DNA from: an uncultured Solirubrobacterales bacterium | GTDB lineage: Bacteria > Actinomycetota > Thermoleophilia > Solirubrobacterales > Solirubrobacteraceae | Length of the DNA: 64,000 nt | Direction of reading: 5' to 3' | Assembly (NCBI GenBank): GCA_963730055.1 | Contig: CAVSQG010000010.1 | Location: forward strand, 42,042-106,041 | Part shown: in pieces, positions 52,996-63,565 of the stretch | Numbering within the stretch: position 1 is the stretch's first letter | How the letters are laid out: every line of letters begins with the position of its first letter | Notes under the pieces: generated by a model | What the model saw: the letters and a program-made list of their open reading frames with translations, nothing else | Told to the model about the DNA's origin: nothing | Database searches by the model: none | Made by a program: the position numbers and the translations under genes

Positions 52996-54039
52996 GTCCT
53001 GCTGCCTGCCGATCCGGGACGTGAGCACGGCCGCGATGAAGATCGCGCCCTGGATGACGTCGGTGGTCGACGAGCTGTAGTTCATCAGCGTCAGCCCGTT
53101 CTGGATGATCGACATGAACAGCACGCCGATCAGCGTGCCCCAGATGTGGAACTCGCCCGGTCGCAGCACCGCGGCGCCGAGGAACACGCCGGCGTAGGCG
53201 GGGATCAGCAGCCCGGTCGCCGCGTCGGCATAGTCGGAGGCGGCCTGCGAGGTGATGATCACAGCGGCCACTGCCGCTCCGATTCCCACGATGATGAAGC
53301 CGGCCGTCCGCATCAGCTCGACGTTGATGCCTGAAAGCCGCGCCGCCTCCTGGTTGCCGCCGACCGCGGCCATCCGCCGGCCGAGCACGCTGTGACGGGT
53401 CACGTACCAGAGGATCGTGGAGACCACCAGCGCGATCCACACGGGGAGGGTGAAGGTCAGGAACTTGTGCTGGGCGAGCTGAATGTAGGACTGCGACAGG
53501 CCGCTGAAGATCGTGTGCCCCTGCGTGATGCGCAGCTCGACCCCTTGGAGAAGGATGCCCGCGCCGAGCGTGATCACGAAGGCCGAGACCTTTGACCACG
53601 CGATCAAGGCGCCGAGCATCGTCCCAATGATCGCCCCGATGATGATCGTGACAATGATCGAGCTTCCCGCGTCCCAGCCGCGATACGCCATCAGCGTGAC
53701 GACGATCGCGCCCAGCACCTGCGTGTTGAAGCCCACCGACAGGTCGAAGTCGCCCATCATCATCGGCACGGTCAGCACCGCTGCCAGTACCGACAGCCCG
53801 GCGGCGCCGGCGAAGACCGCCCGCATATTGACGAGCGTCAGGAACGCGCTGCGCTCGAGCGAGAAGAACAGGATGACCGCGGCGAAGGCGATCAGCACTC
53901 CGTAGCGCTGAAAGAATGGTCCGATCGACTCCGAGAGAGAACGCCGCCGAGTTGGCGCGCCCGCCGGCGGAACCGTGGCGCCACCCCCGTCACCGCCCAC
54001 CACGACCTGCGGTTCTTCAGTTGGTCGGATGCTGCTCAA
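52992..54039 (-). CDS. sugar ABC transporter permease, RbsC-like
   Basis: DLSVG, AFVITLG, GRRMAAVGGNQEAARLSGI; end approximate. Confidence 0.92.
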
Positions 54040-54112
54040 CGATCTCTCTCCTGTGGTCTACCGGGTCATCCTGCCCGCACGGTCGCGAGGACCGTGCGGG
54101 CGGACGTTTGCC

Positions 54113-55279
54113 TCAGAACGTGTATCCCTCGGCCTTCCATTGGGCCTCGTACAGCGGCCCGTAGTCGGGGAACAGGTTGGCCTCCGGCCCCGCGGGGACG
54201 TTGGCCGCGGTGACGAGCGCTACTGGGTACGGATGGTCGTACAAGGCCAGCGGATCGATCGGCTTCTTGTTGACAAAGTACTTCAGCAGCTGATCGGCCA
54301 CGGTCCAGCCGCTCGCCTCCGGGTTGGACTCGGCGATCGCCCGCGCCGGGCCGCCCTGCCGCAGTGCCTGGAACGCCGGGTCGCCACCGTACATCCCGTA
54401 GACCTTGACGTTCAGGCCCGCGTTCTTGACCGCCTGCACGGCGACGGGGAACTCGAAGTCCTGGTCGACGAGCACGGCCTTCGCCGTCGGGTTCGCGCGC
54501 AGCATCGCCAGCGTGGACTGCATGGTGTCCTGCACCGAATTGGTGAAGTTCACCTGATGCGAGGCCACGACCTTCATCCCCGCCTGGTTCAGCATCGTCA
54601 CGGCCACCGCGTCGCGGCGGGCGAGAGCGTTGATCGGGCTGTAGAACTGCGCGACGACGTTGCCCTTCCCGCCCAGGTCGTCGATCAGGTAGCGCGTGAC
54701 GGTCGCGGAGATGGCCGCGTCGTTCGGCGCGTAGTTGCCCGCGTACAGTGGGGCGCCGTTGTTGGTGATCGCGCCGCAGAACGTGAGCGCCGGGATGTTC
54801 TGCGCCTTTGCCTGGCTGAGGCCCTGCGCCGCGGCCGCCTGCTCGATCGAGACCGTCACGATCGCGTTCACGCGCTGAGTGACCATCGCCGAGACATCAG
54901 CGGCCATCTTGGCCGGATCGCCCTGGGCGTCAGCGACGTGCACGGTCCATCCGAGGACCTTCGCCGCCGCCAGGAACTGCGCCTGGCAGGCCTGTGCAGC
55001 CGGCGAGCTGCCGAGGACGTTCACGAAGCCGATCGTCTCGTTCGGTACCTTCCCCCCCAGCCCCGACTGCGGGGCGAAGCTGCCGAGGTACTCGGGAACG
55101 GCCGAGGCCGACTGCTGGACGGTCACGGTCGACGACGACTGGCCGCCGCCGGAATTGGCGTTGGCGCTCGTCGAGGTACTCGAGGAACTCGATTTCTTTC
55201 CGCCGCCGCCGCATCCTGCGACGACTAAGGCGATCGCCACGAACGCGATCGCGACTAGACCGGAAGCCCGGTAGCCCAC
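54113..55279 (-). CDS. sugar ABC substrate-binding lipoprotein, RbsB-like
   Basis: lipobox VVAGC, Ser/Thr linker, DAQGDPAK; RBS AGGAG before GTG 55279. Confidence 0.88.
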   Translation of the reverse strand: MGYRASGLVAIAFVAIALVVAGCGGGGKKSSSSSTSTSANANSGGGQSSSTVTVQQSASAVPEYLGSFAPQSGLGGKVPNETIGFVNVLGSSPAAQACQAQFLAAAKVLGWTVHVADAQGDPAKMAADVSAMVTQRVNAIVTVSIEQAAAAQGLSQAKAQNIPALTFCGAITNNGAPLYAGNYAPNDAAISATVTRYLIDDLGGKGNVVAQFYSPINALARRDAVAVTMLNQAGMKVVASHQVNFTNSVQDTMQSTLAMLRANPTAKAVLVDQDFEFPVAVQAVKNAGLNVKVYGMYGGDPAFQALRQGGPARAIAESNPEASGWTVADQLLKYFVNKKPIDPLALYDHPYPVALVTAANVPAGPEANLFPDYGPLYEAQWKAEGYTF

Positions 55280-55373
55280 GTCAGCACTCCTCTCCACGGA
55301 TTGCAAAAAGACACCACTCAATCTCCATGAGGGCGCCTGCCCAGCCGATTCATACCAGTCGACGGGGCCTGAG

Positions 55374-55393
55374 TCAACCGTTCGTTTGGTTGA
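55374..55393. promoter_or_regulatory. operator
   Basis: TCAACCGTTCGTTTGGTTGA upstream of the ABC operon. Confidence 0.78.
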
Positions 55394-55535
55394 TTTCTCG
55401 TTACGATCGCGTCAGTGCGACGCGAGGCCGCGACGCGATCGTCCGTCCTCATCGCGACGCGGCCCCGAGCGTCATCCTCCGGCCGAGAACTGGTACCCGC
55501 GGCAGTTGACCGAGGCGGCGGCGGCGAAGTAGGAT

Positions 55536-55555
55536 TCGACCAATCGGTTGGTCGT
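55536..55555. promoter_or_regulatory. operator
   Basis: TCGACCAATCGGTTGGTCGT upstream of the ligase operon. Confidence 0.88.
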
Positions 55556-55600
55556 AACCCCCCGCGATCATGAGAAATACGAGGCTGAGGTGAGCGAAAC

Positions 55601-57213
55601 GTGAAGCTGGTCGTGGACGACCGTCGCCGCTGGGTGCTGCCGCAGCTGCTGCGAGAGCGGGCCCGCGAGCTTGAAGACAAGCCGTTCCTGTCCTTCGCGG
55701 TCGATGACGCATCCGTCACGTACGCGCAGGCCGACGAGCTGAGCGACCGCCTGGCCGCCGGTCTGGCCACCCTCGGCGTTTCCCGCGGGGATCGCGTCGC
55801 CGTGATGATGGGCAACCGGCTGGAGTTCGTGCTCACCTGGTTTGCCCTGAACAAGCTCGGCGCCTTCCACGCCCCGATCAACACCGACTATCGCGGCGAC
55901 TTCCTCGAGCATCTGGTGAACACCGCCGGCGCCAACCTGATGGTGCTCGAGCACCGCTTCGTCAAGACAGTCCTGGCCTCCGAGTCTCGGATGCCGATGC
56001 TCGAGGAGCTGATCGTCGTCGGCGGCGAGGCGCCGGCCAGCACCGGCCGCCTCGCGGCTCGACCGTTCGCGTCGGTGCCGAGCGCCGAGGAGCCGCCGGA
56101 GATCCTGATCACGCCTGCCGACACGTACGCGGTGCTGTTCACCTCGGGCACGACGGGCCGCTCCAAGGGGGCGCTGATGCCCTACGCCCACGGCCACCTC
56201 CTGAACGAGCGCAACCTCGAGCTGCTCGACCTCAACCCCGAGGGCGTCTACATCAGCGAGCTGCCGCTCTTCCACATCAACGCACACATGACCGTCTACG
56301 GGTCGCTGATCGTCGGCGCAAGCGCGCGCATGGAGGAGCGCTTCTCGGCCAGCCGCTGGCTCGACCGCCTGCGCACCTCAGGCGCGACCCACTCCTCGAT
56401 GCTCGGGGTGATGGTCGACTTCGTGCTCCGCCAGCCCCCGACCGAGCACGACCAGGACCATGCACTGCGCTCGGTCTGGATGGTGCCCTGCCTGCCTGAC
56501 CTCTCGCGGCGCTTCCGCGACCGGTTCGGGATCGAGCGGATCGTCACCTCGTACGGCACCAGCGAGATCGGCATGGTCGCTCGCCGGGTCGTCGACCGCT
56601 CCGAGAACGTGTCCTCGGGCAAGGTCGGCGAGGAGTTCTACGAGGTCCAGATCGTCGACGAGGACGACGAGCCACTGCCCCAAGGGCGAGGTCGGCGAGA
56701 TCGTCGTCCGCACGAAGTTCCCGTGGATCGTCACCCACGGCTACTTCGGGATGCCGGAACGCACGATCGAGGCGTTCCGGAACCTGTGGCTGCACACCGG
56801 CGACGCGGGGCGGTTCGACGAGGAGGACAACCTCTGCTTCGTCGATCGCCTGGCCGACCGGCTACGCCGGCGAGGAGAGAACATCGCCTCGGCCGATGTC
56901 GAGCATGTGCTCGGCACCCATGCCGTCGTGGCCGAGGCCGCGGTCGTGGCCGTGAGCGCCGACGAGGAGGGCGGCGAGGACGAGATCAAGGCGTGCCTGG
57001 TGCTCACCGCGGAAGGCGACCCTCGACCCCGAGGCCTTCTGGGAGTGGTGCGACGAGCGCCTCCCGTACTTCGCGGTCCCGAGGTACCTGGAGGTGTACG
57101 ACGCGCTGCCGAAGACGCCGACCGAGAAGGTGATGAAGCAGGAGCTGCGCAAGGCGAGGCCGGGCGCGGAGATGTTCGACCGGGGCCCGACGGGCCGCGT
57201 CGCGAGAGCGTAG
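55601..57213 (+). CDS. CaiC-like ATP-dependent acyl-CoA ligase (frameshifts near 56680 and 57020)
   Basis: FTSGTTGRSKG, LPLFHINA, FSASRW, RNLWLHTGD, RRRGENI. Confidence 0.92.
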
Positions 57214-57231
57214 AGCCCAAGGAGGCCGCAC

Positions 57232-58985
57232 GTGAGTGAAGCCGTCTTCGTCGAGCGCGATCTGCACGTCGCCGCGCGCGACGGGATCCAGCTCGCCACC
57301 GACGTCTATCGCCCGCAGGGCGACGGGCCGTTCCCGACGCTGATCTTTCGCGTCCGGGGAAGCCGGTCGGCGGCGTTCATCACCGGCGTTCTGATCGTCA
57401 ACCCGCTCGAGGCGGTCCGCCGCGGATATGCGGTCGTGATCCAGGAGGTTCGCGGGCGCTCGGGCAGCGAGGCGCGCTGGCATCCGTTCGTCCACGAGCG
57501 CGAGGACGGCGAGGACTGCCTCGAATGGGTGCTCGCGCAACCGTGGTGCGACGGCCGCATCGGGAGCTACGGCACGGCGTACTCGGCCGTCACGGCGCTC
57601 GCGCTCGCCTCGCTCGCGCGCGAGGAGGTCAAGGCGCTCGTCCTGCTCGGCACCGGCGCCGACTACCACGACGGCTGGGTCTACACCAACGGCGCGTTCG
57701 AGCTCGGCTGGAACGTCTACTGGGCGTACATGACGCTGTCCGAGACGATCATGCGGATGGACATCAGCGCCGACGAGAAGCTCGCGCTCCGGCGGGAGTA
57801 CTCGGAGGCGATCAAGACGGCGCCGGAGGTGGCGGCGCGGCTGCCGATCACCGACCATCCGTTGCTCCAGCGCTGCGGCGAGCTCCAGTACCACGAGTGG
57901 CTCGAGCACCCCGACTACGACGAGTACTGGGAGTCGTTCGACGTGCTCGCGGACATCGAGACGGATCCAGACCCCGGTGCTGTCGATCGCGGGCTGGCAC
58001 GACAACTTCCTGAAGTCGCACATGGACCTGTACCGGGCGATGTCCGAGCGCGGCCCCGAGCCGGGCCGTTCGCACCACCGGTTGCTGATCGGGCCGTGGG
58101 AGCACGTCAACTACGTCTCGCCGTTCTCGACGAGCCGGACCGGCGCGGTCGAGTTCGGACCGATGGCCGCGTGCGGCGCCGCCGTGTCGGGTCCGCTGCT
58201 GCTCGACTGGTTCGACCGCTGGGTGACCGGGCAGGACACCGGGCCCGACGGCGGGATTCGCTACTGGCAGCTCGGCGCCGACGAGTGGCGCGAGGCTCCC
58301 GCGTGGCCGCCGGCGCACGAGCCGCTCCGCCTGTACCTGCACTCCGGCGGCGGCGCGAACACCCGCCACGGCGACGGCGTCCTCTCCTACGGCGCGCCGG
58401 CGAACAGCGAGCCGCCCGACTCCTACGTCTACGACCCGCTCGATCCGGTGCCGACGCGTCGGCGGCAAGACGCTGATGCCGACGATCATGGGCGCCGGGA
58501 TCCAGGACCAGACGAGCGTCGAGGATCGCGCCGACGTGCTCTGCTACACGTCCCCGACGCTGACCCAGCCGCTCGAACTTAGCGGCCCGATCTCGGTGGA
58601 GCTGTGGGTCAGCTCCTCGCCGTCGGACACCGACTTCACGGCGAAGCTCGTCGACGTCGCGCCGGACGGCTTCGCGGCGAACCTCGCGGACGGGATCGTC
58701 CGCGCGCGCTACCGGGAATCGACCAAGCGCCGCTCCGCGCCGCTGGTGCCGGGCGAACCGGTGCTGCTCCACATCGACCTGTGGGATCTCGCCTGCACGT
58801 TCAAGCCGGGCCACCGCGTCCGGCTCGAGGTCTCCTCGAGCAACTTCCCGCGGTTCGATCGCAACCTCAACACCGGGCACGAGCTCGGCGCCGACGGCGC
58901 CGACGATGCGATCGTGGCCGCGCAGCAGGTGCTTCACGACGCCGAGCACCCGAGCGCACTCGTCCTCTCCCGTGCGACCGGCTGA
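57232..58985 (+). CDS. CocE/NonD family alpha/beta hydrolase, atypical (frameshifts near 57965 and 58458)
   Basis: RDGIQLATDVYRP, RGRSGSEA, WCDGRIG, GWHD, GPWEH, SSSNFPRFDRN. Confidence 0.88.
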
Positions 58986-58994
58986 TCCGAGCCG

Positions 58995-59932
58995 ATGAGA
59001 TCACGTCGACTAGGCGCGCAGGGCCCCGAGGTGTCGGTCCTCGGCCTCGGCTGCAACAACTTCGGCTGGACGATTCCCGTCGACGAGTCGCGCGCGGTCG
59101 TCGACGCCGCGCTGGAAGGTGGCGTCACGCTGTTCGACACCGCCGACGTGTACGGGGAGACCGCGAGCGAGAGCTTCCTCGGGGAGGCGCTCGATGGCCG
59201 GCGCGACGGCACGGTGATCGTGACTAAGTTCGGGATGCCGCGTGCCCGAGTCGCCGGAAGTACCCGGGGGTTCGCCGGAATACGTGAAGTGGGCGGTCGA
59301 TGGCTCGCTCGAGCGGCTGCGGACCGACTGCATCGACGTGTACATGTACCACCGACCCGACAGCGTCACGCCCCTGACCGAGACGCTCGGGGCGCTCGGC
59401 GAGCTCGCGCGCGAGGGCAAGATCCGGTTCGCGGGACTGTCGAACGTGGACGCCGGCCAGGTCGAGGAAGCCGCCGCGTTCGCCGCCCGGGAGGGCGTGC
59501 CGCTGGTCGCGATCGAGAACCGCTACAGCCTCGTGCGGCGCGAGGCGGAGGCGGACCTGATGCCGCTGTGCGAGCGCCTCGGGCTCGGCTTCCTACCGTA
59601 CTACCCGCTCGAGAGCGGGCTGCTCACGGGCAAGTACCGGCGCGGCCAGCCGCCGCCGCCGGATTCCCGGTTCGAGACCAGACCCGGGATCTGGAAGCCG
59701 GAGCGGTGGCTGAACGACGACATGTTCGAACGCACGGAAGCGCTCGAGCGGTTCGGCGCCGAGCGCGGCCTCCCTCTCCTCGCGGTCGCGCTCGGCGGGA
59801 CCGCCGCGATGCCGGCGGTCGCGAGCGTGATCGCCGGCGCGACGAGGCCCGGATCAGGTCAAGGCCAACCTGGCCGCCGCCGAATGGACGCCGTCGGGCG
59901 ACGACCTCGCCGCCCTGCGAGAGCTTCCGTAG
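58995..59932 (+). CDS. aldo/keto reductase (frameshifts)
   Basis: GLGCNNFG, FDTADVYG, TKFG, SLERLRTDCID, GLSN, GLLTGKY. Confidence 0.92.
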
Positions 59933-59946
59933 CCGGAAGGAGAGAG

Positions 59947-60827
59947 ATGCCTGTCGAGACGTTCGAGGTGGCCGTACCGCAGGCGACGTTGGACGACCTT
60001 CGCGATCGGCTCGCGCGGGTTCGCTGGCCCATCGACCCGGCCAATCCCGAATGGGTGTACGGCGTTGAACGAGGCTATCTCGAGGAGCTCGTCGACTATT
60101 GGCGCACGCAGACGAGTGGAGCCGCACGGCCGACCTGTGGGTGAAGCTCATGCGCGACGAGCTCGGCTACGACCGGTTCGCGGCCCAGGGTGGCGACTGG
60201 GGGGCCCTGGTCACCGAGCAGCTCGGCCACAAGCACGCAGAGCACCTGATAGGGATCCACCTCGGCCTGGCCATTCCGATGACCCTGTTCATCAGCGGCC
60301 TTCCGAAGGAGGAGGAGTATGCCGAGGACGAGCGTCACCGCTTCCACCACACGCGGGAGCGCATGGCGGTCGGCACCGCCCACTGGGTCGTCCAGGCCAC
60401 CGATCCGCAGACGCTCGCCTACGCACTGCACGACTCGCCGGTCGGCCTGTGTGCCTGGATCCTCGAACGGCGCCGCAGCTGGAGCGATTCCGGCGGCGAC
60501 GTTGAGCGCCGCTTCTCCAAGGACGATCTACTCACGACGACGATGCTGTACTGGGTGAGCGAGAGCACGGTCACGTCGATGCGCTACTACTGGGAGGCCG
60601 AACACGCGACCTGGTCGCCGTCCCACGATCGCATGCCCGCGGTCGAGGCGCCCACGGCCGTGACCATCTGGCCGCAGGAGCTCATGACGATGCCGCAGCA
60701 GTTCCTCGAGCGCTACTACAACCTCCAGCGCACCACCGAGATGCCGTCCGGCGGCCACTTCCATCCGATGGAGGAGCCTGAGCTGCTCCTCGAGGACATC
60801 CGCGCCTTCTTCCGCACCCTGCGCTGA
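59947..60827 (+). pseudogene. microsomal-type epoxide hydrolase with an internal deletion near 60110
   Basis: EHN N-terminus (DDLRDRLARVRWP..LVDYWR) joins directly to AQGGDWG..GGHF; HGWP and SLPGYG segments missing. Confidence 0.75.
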
Positions 60828-60854
60828 GCGGACGGCTGCTCAGCGCACGCTGGC

Positions 60855-61343
60855 TCAGCCGGGAGGAGCGTTACTCGGCTCCGCCGCGATCAGCCGCTTG
60901 ATCAGCTCCGGCGCGTCGATGTCGATCAGCTCGAACACGTGCCCGTCGGGATCCGTCACGTACACGACCTGGAAGTCCCCCGGCATGTCCATGACCTCGG
61001 GCCAGAAGCGCTTGCCGCCCGCCGCCTCGAGGCGCTCGAGTGCCTCGGGCACGTTGTCGACGGTGAAGCAGAAGTGGATGATCGAAGCCTCGGCCTGGGC
61101 GACCGGCTTGACTTCGTGCGTGGGCTCGAGGAATTGGAACAGCTCGATCGCCCCCTCGTCGAAGCCGATCAGACACACCTTGAAGTGAGCGTTCGGCGTC
61201 CCCATGATCATCGAGGCGTCCGGACCCTCGTACTCCATCTGGCTCGTCAAGAGATGCCCACCGAGGGCTTCGAGGTAGAACTGCGTCGCACGATCTATGT
61301 CGGAGACGCGCAGCGCGATGTGGTGGTAAGCGCTGACGGGCAT
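60855..61343 (-). CDS. VOC/glyoxalase family protein
   Basis: HHIALRVSD, IELFQF, HFCFTV, DPDGHVFEL. Confidence 0.88.
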   Translation of the reverse strand: MPVSAYHHIALRVSDIDRATQFYLEALGGHLLTSQMEYEGPDASMIMGTPNAHFKVCLIGFDEGAIELFQFLEPTHEVKPVAQAEASIIHFCFTVDNVPEALERLEAAGGKRFWPEVMDMPGDFQVVYVTDPDGHVFELIDIDAPELIKRLIAAEPSNAPPG

Positions 61344-61381
61344 CTCAGTTCCTCCAGTCTCGAATGGTCACGGGTGCGCAC

Positions 61382-62173
61382 TCACGTCCGGCTGCCGCGC
61401 CAGGCCAGGCATCCGCCGTCGATCGGAAAGACCCCGCCCGTGATCCACGCCGCGTCTTCCGAGGCCAGGAAGCACACGAGCTTGGCCACCTCGACCGGCT
61501 CGCCGAAGCGAGGGATCAGATGGCTCGAGACCATGAAGCTCTCGACCGCCTCCTTGTCCTCCGCCGCCTCGGTGAACTTCTTCACCATGTTCGTGTAGAC
61601 GGAGGCAGGGCAGTAGCAGTTGACCCTGACGTCCGGCGCGAGGTCCACGGCGACGCACCGGGTCAGCTGGATCAACCCGCCCTTGCTCGCGCCGTAGGCG
61701 TTCATCATCGGGTAGCCGGTCACGCCGCCGGTCGAGCCCGCGTTGACGATCGCCCCGCCACGCTCGGACGAGCGCAGGTGCGGCGCGGCGTACTTCATCG
61801 CCAGCCACGGCCCGCGCAGGTTGATGTGGTAGACGCGGTCGAAGATGTCCTCGGGAAGCGTCTCCACGTTGAGGTCGGTCGTGAAGTCCGACTCGTGCAC
61901 GCCGGCGTTGTTGTGGAGCACGTCGAGCCCGCCAAACCGCTCCACGGTCGCGTCGATCAGCGCCCGGATTTCCTCGGGCTTGGCCATGTCGCAGTGCTGG
62001 TAGTCGGCCTCGCCGCCCTTGGCGCGGATCATCTCGACCGTCTCGGCGCCCTTCGCGTCGTTGATGTCGCAGACCATCACGCCGCCGGCGCCCTGCTCGG
62101 CCATCTCGACCGCGGTCGCGCGCCCGATGCCGTCGGCCGATCCTGTGACCAGACAGATCTTTCCATCTAACAC
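61382..62173 (-). CDS. SDR, paralogue of 36607-37392
   Basis: TGSADGIG, LHNNAGVHESDFT, YGASKGG, NCYCP, DGGCLAWRG. Confidence 0.92.
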   Translation of the reverse strand: MLDGKICLVTGSADGIGRATAVEMAEQGAGGVMVCDINDAKGAETVEMIRAKGGEADYQHCDMAKPEEIRALIDATVERFGGLDVLHNNAGVHESDFTTDLNVETLPEDIFDRVYHINLRGPWLAMKYAAPHLRSSERGGAIVNAGSTGGVTGYPMMNAYGASKGGLIQLTRCVAVDLAPDVRVNCYCPASVYTNMVKKFTEAAEDKEAVESFMVSSHLIPRFGEPVEVAKLVCFLASEDAAWITGGVFPIDGGCLAWRGSRT

Positions 62174-62174
62174 G

Positions 62175-63485
62175 TCACGCCTGCTTCAGCTTGAAGCCGA
62201 TGTTCAGGTGCTTCAGCGCCCGCAGGAAGTAGTTGGGCTGGTAGTGGAAGTCGTTCTCGCCGTCGATGAACCACATCTCCTCGAACCGCTCGACCAGCAC
62301 CTTGAACCCGTAGTAGAGCTCGCGGCGGGCCAGCGGCGCCCCGAGGCAGTGGTGGCTGCCCAGTCCGAACGCTATATGCGACCGCGGGTTCTTGCGGTCG
62401 AGGTCGAAGTCCTCGGGATTCTCGAACTTGTTCTCGTCGCGGTTGGCGGCCCCGTAGCGGAGGCTGACGATCGCGCCCTCTGGAATCGTCACCCCGTGGA
62501 TCTCGATGTCCTCGGACGTCTCCCGCAGCAGGCACTGCACCGGCGACTCGAGCCGCAGAACCTCCTCGACGAACGGCTCGAGGTAGCGGTCGGGGTCACT
62601 CGACACCTTGTCCCAGATGTTGGGGTTCTGGATCAGCAGCAGGACGCCGCCAGACAGCGCGTTGGTGGTCGTCTCCGAGCCGCCGACGAACAGGTCGGCC
62701 ATCATCTCCGAGTGGAGCTCGTTGTCGGTCAGCGTCCGGCCCCACTCCTTGACCTGGTTGTTGACCAGATCGCTCAGCAGCGTGTTCTTGGGCTCCTCGC
62801 GCAGCTCCTCGTACTTCCCCTGGAAGTAGTTCTGCGCCTCGATCTCCTGCTCGGCCGACCAGATCCGCTCCTCCGGGGTCTGCATCAGGCCCATCCGCTG
62901 GATCCACGCGTCGGTCCACTTCTTGATCTGCGGCATGTCCTCGTCGGGCACGCCCATCTGCCGGCCGATCACGTACAGCGGGAGCGGGATCGCGAACTCG
63001 GTCACCCATTCGCAGCGGCCCTTGTCGACGAACGCGTCGAACAGCTTGTTCGAGAGGCCCTCGACGAACGAGTCGAGCTCGCGGATCCGAGCCGGGCGGA
63101 ACGCGTAGTCGAACAGCCGGCGCAGCTGCATGTGCTCGGGCTCGTCGCGCCCGTCCAGGGTCGGCCGAACCGGCCAGCCCTTCTCCTCGTAGAGCTTCTG
63201 GATCTTCTCCTCGACGGCCGCGGCCTCGAGCAGCTGGCGCGCCTTCTCGGGATCCTCGGGCCGGACGCCCTTCTCGGTCGACCCGGCGGCGCTGCCGATC
63301 CGGTTCGTGTACCGCTTGGTGTCGAGCAGCGCCGCGCGGATGTCCTCGTAGCGGCTCAGCGTCCACATCCCGGTGACCGGGTCCTGCCACACCGGGGCCT
63401 CTTCACGCATCTGCTTGTAGGCGTGGTAGGGGCAGTCGTTGGTGTCCGTGTCGAAGAAGTTGATCTCGGCAACGGTGTCGGCCAT
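62175..63485 (-). CDS. cytochrome P450
   Basis: GGSETT, EVLR, AANRD, FGLGSHHCLG. Confidence 0.95.
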   Translation of the reverse strand: MADTVAEINFFDTDTNDCPYHAYKQMREEAPVWQDPVTGMWTLSRYEDIRAALLDTKRYTNRIGSAAGSTEKGVRPEDPEKARQLLEAAAVEEKIQKLYEEKGWPVRPTLDGRDEPEHMQLRRLFDYAFRPARIRELDSFVEGLSNKLFDAFVDKGRCEWVTEFAIPLPLYVIGRQMGVPDEDMPQIKKWTDAWIQRMGLMQTPEERIWSAEQEIEAQNYFQGKYEELREEPKNTLLSDLVNNQVKEWGRTLTDNELHSEMMADLFVGGSETTTNALSGGVLLLIQNPNIWDKVSSDPDRYLEPFVEEVLRLESPVQCLLRETSEDIEIHGVTIPEGAIVSLRYGAANRDENKFENPEDFDLDRKNPRSHIAFGLGSHHCLGAPLARRELYYGFKVLVERFEEMWFIDGENDFHYQPNYFLRALKHLNIGFKLKQA

Positions 63486-63524
63486 CTGCGCGCTCTCCTT
63501 TTCGGGTTCCCTCGGCGCGGTTAT

Positions 63525-63544
63525 CCTACCAATCGCTTGGTCGC
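63525..63544. promoter_or_regulatory. operator in divergent promoter
   Basis: CCTACCAATCGCTTGGTCGC. Confidence 0.85.
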
Positions 63545-63565
63545 TTTTGAACCCCCGCTCACACG

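Noticed and set aside
55404-55441. Hairpin CGATCGCGTC..GACGCGATCG as an ncRNA
   Set aside because: Short GC-rich stem with no other support
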